A stretch of 64,000 nt of DNA. Source: Yuukianura sp. NJ FZ-2021 (taxonomy: Eukaryota). The notes beneath the pieces were generated by a model. That model was given only the letters and a program-made list of their open reading frames with translations. It made no database searches and was not told the origin of the DNA. Both the position numbers and the translations under genes were made by a program. Where the stretch lies: assembly GCA_046563655.1 (NCBI GenBank), contig CM102285.1:2542001-2606000 (forward strand), read 5' to 3'. This document shows, piece by piece, positions 61,101 through 64,000 of the stretch (the stretch's first letter is position 1; each line of letters opens with the position of its first letter).

Positions 61101-64000
61101 GTTGACGTCGTTTTGAATTCTCTAACTGGTCCGAATTTCAAAGAAGCTTCACTTGGTGCATGTGTCAAAAATGCCAGATTTGTTGAAATTGGTAAAATTA
61201 ATATATGGACAGAAGATGATGTAAGAAAAATGCGTCCTGATGTTAAGTACTTCACGGTAGAACTGGTGGATACTGCGCGGGAAAATCCAAAATTGTTCAA
61301 AAAACTTGTAGACGCGGTTGATGCTGCTTTTGAACAAGGCATTTACCGAGGCATACAGCACGAAGTGTTTCCATTTGACATGATCAAAGAAGCCTTCTAC
61401 TACTTTCAAGAAGCAAAACACATTGGAAAAATTGTCGTGTCTATTCCAGAAACAAAAGTATCGCCCGAGGGCAAAATACTTTTTCAAAATGATCTTTTCC
61501 ATGCACAAAGTACGTATCTTATCACCGGTGGTTTAGGTGGTATTGGCTTGGAAGTTGCAAAATGGATGGCAGAGCGTGGAGCTAAAAATTTGGTCATCAC
61601 TGGACGAAAAGCACCGTCACAGTTAAAACTGGACGTCTTGACGATGTTGAATAACAAGGGATGTCGAACTGTAGTTTTACAGGCGGATGTTGGAGTCTAC
61701 GAAGAATGTGAATCACTGCTCAAAAACATCAAAGATTTGAACTTCCCACCACTTCGTGGCATTATGCACGCTGCTGGAGTTTTGGCGGATGCAATTGTAC
61801 TGAATCAGTCTTGGGAAAAATTTGAAACTGTTTTTCAACCGAAAGTTCGCGGAACTTGGAACTTGCATAATCTAACCCTGGATTACGAACTTGAATTTTT
61901 TACGTTATTCTCAAGCGTGGTTGCAATTTTTGGAGCTCCCGGGCAATCTAATCATGCAGCGGCTAATAGATTTTTGGATTCGTTTGCACACTACCGCCAT
62001 TCATTGGGACTTCCAGCTAACAGCATTAACTTTGGAGCTTGGGCTGATGTAAGCTGACAAAACAATATAACATCCAAGGTTGCTATAGCAAAGAAATAGT
62101 TTTCTTTTAACAGGTTAGGCAATTAGTCCTGTTTTCGAAAAATCTTGAGTCAAATATTTTTCCTACCTTTTTTTGTTTTTTTAATATCTTTTACTCCTTT
62201 TCTACTTTGAATTTGTCAATTCAAAAGCCATCTCTGCAAATTTTTTAACTCCTTTTATTATACCAACCGTGTTTGAAACTAGGTGAATTCAGTACTGAAA
62301 ATTTTTTGCAAAACAGCTTAAAACTCGAGTTATTGTCTAACCTTTTAAAGAAAAAAAATTTCTTTGTTTATCCACGGTATTCTTGATAATACCGATTTCA
62401 TATAAAATTAATATAATATATATCTTTAAATATTGTTGTTTTTGAATTTCAGGTTGGAGTTGCCGCGAACCTGAAAAGTTTCAAAGAAGGTACACTGGGA
62501 ATGCGCAGCTTTACACCCAGTCAAGGTCTACAATCAATGCAAAGAATATTTTGGACAAATCGACGCCAAGTGGCCGTCGCGGACGTTTTTGATTGGAGTC
62601 TTCTAAAGCAAATCAGTCGACTCGGTAACTATTTTGACCAAATAAAGTCTGAAGCCACTTTAACCATGAAGACAGCAGATGATGACAGCGTCATCACCGG
62701 GAAACTTCAAACTGCAACGCCGGAGGAGCGTCAACAAACGATTGAAAACTTTTTGGAGAATGCTCTCAAAGAAACACTGAGAATTCCCGACAACGAGCGG
62801 ATAGACCGAGATCAAAACTTTTCTGAAATCGGAGTCGACTCACTTATGGCCATGGAGTTGCGCAATCGAGTTCAAGGAATCTTGAACGGCAAACAATTGG
62901 CAGTGACTGCATTACAAGAAAATCGAACCATCAGAAGCCTTGCAACTCACATGTCAAAACTAATTTGTTCAGATGACACTCAACAACTTTCGGTAGAATC
63001 TCTCATTGCGCAAGACTCAATTCTTCCAGCCGAAATTCAGCCCACTGAAATCCCGCCTTCAAAACCGAGTCAATTTAAACAAGTTATGTTAACTGGTGCA
63101 ACTGGTCATCTCGGTATCAACTTAATTCCGGCGCTGCAAAACGAAAATCCAAATTTGTTTATTCACTGCATCGTGCGCGGCAAAAGTTCTGTAGACGCCG
63201 GTAACCGCTTGAAAGAAGCTGTGAACCAATATTCTCTCACCAACAAAATCAATTTTCAAAAAATTCGAATTTTGGCGGGAGATCTTTCACAGAAAAATTT
63301 CGGCTTACCGTCTCACGTATACGATTCACTCACACAGGAAATTGATGCCGTTATTCACTGCGCCGTAAAAGCAAATCATGTAGAAGAGTACAACGGATTT
63401 GGAGCAGAGAGTTTGCGCAGAGTGAACGTCGAAAGTACTCTGAATGTTCTACGTTTTTCAGCCGTTGGTAAAACAAAGGCAATACTCTACGCATCAACAC
63501 TACTAGCCGCTTCTCAAGTAGATGAAAACTGCGCATTAGTCGAAAACTTTCCAACCGCGCATGACTCTGTTTCTACAACAAGCAATGGCTACGTTTTGTC
63601 AAAATTTGTCTGTGAACGGCTAATGGCACAAGCACTACAACGTGGAATTCCAGTCACGGTCATTCGGTATGCAAACATCTTCGGCAACAGTGAAACCGGG
63701 TTCTTGCCTACCGAAAAGAGTCATGCCTGGAGAATCCTCACTTCTTGTATCCGTGTAATGAAGTTTCCAAGTCTAGGTCAAAATGGTGTTCCTATAATGG
63801 CGGTGGATACGGCTGCTGACGTCACGGCAAAAATCTTCCTCCAAGATTCCATGGAAACGGGAATGTACAACTTGACCAGCAGTTCGACAATTTCAGAAGA
63901 AGATATTGTTGCAGCATTTTCGGAATTTGGGGTAGACGGAGAATTTGTGCCGTACTTGGAGTGGCGGGATTTAGTTTTCAAAAACAAAGAGGACAATGAC
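52200..64000 (+). CDS. Glycogenin-like(GT8)-KS-AT-DH-ER-KR-ACP-thioester reductase type I PKS, 3'-truncated; exons 52200-52206, 52314-52452, 52983-53118, 53359-53512, 53630-53741, 53915-54050, 54140-54753, 54834-55021, 56839-57093, 57160-62048, 62453->64000
   Basis: KS: IAVVGMSCRFPG, ESGCSSS, HGTGT, NIGH. AT: GHSVG, HAFHS. DH: HKVAEKVIIP. ER: HVATGGVG. KR: TGGLGGIG. ACP: GVDSL. R: TGATGHLG, YVLSK. All splice phases are consistent. The PKS part is secure; the glycogenin join is a manual model. Confidence 0.85.
55125..55295. repeat. About 20-bp minisatellite (tttgggaacccgctaacaa-like), about 8 units
   Basis: Degenerate head-to-tail repeats without spacers. Confidence 0.8.
55350..56395. repeat. 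About 115-120-bp tandem repeats rich in GGTCA motifs, inside the Helitron
   Basis: Recurrent ggtcaagggtcaaaggtcacaggtcaa...atcaatcgact...ctctgctttcgaatgatatatcac. Confidence 0.8.
56561..56762. mobile_element. Small MITE-like element, termini related to 43742-43958
   Basis: attgtatttcctacaacaggttgcccaataac ... gttattggacaacctggtgtagaataaacaat, an imperfect TIR. Confidence 0.65.

Overview
AT-rich eukaryotic genomic DNA with short GT-AG introns. It is most likely an invertebrate animal: the TPC1 channel, GAD-like decarboxylases and glycogenin-type exon structure are metazoan-like. A springtail-like soil arthropod is a guess, not established. Contents in order: (1) an intron-containing NRPS-like gene running off the left edge; (2) two secreted Cys-rich defensin-like peptides; (3) a 9-exon two-pore channel TPC1; (4) a compact bacterial-type riboflavin locus encoding all five dedicated enzyme families in two fusion genes (intron-containing riboflavin synthase-RibD, and RibB-RibA-RibH), plus a derived stand-alone RibH; (5) an orphan tyrosine-kinase exon; (6) four calmodulin-like EF-hand genes; (7) five tandem genes of about 1,100 aa for signal-peptide-bearing, internally duplicated PLP decarboxylases whose halves have lost complementary active-site parts; (8) an unknown 209-aa gene; (9) a reducing type I PKS (KS-AT-DH-ER-KR-ACP-R) spliced in frame to a degenerate glycogenin, running off the right edge. 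MITEs and a non-autonomous Helitron are interspersed. Gene models were spliced by hand and no database searches were run.
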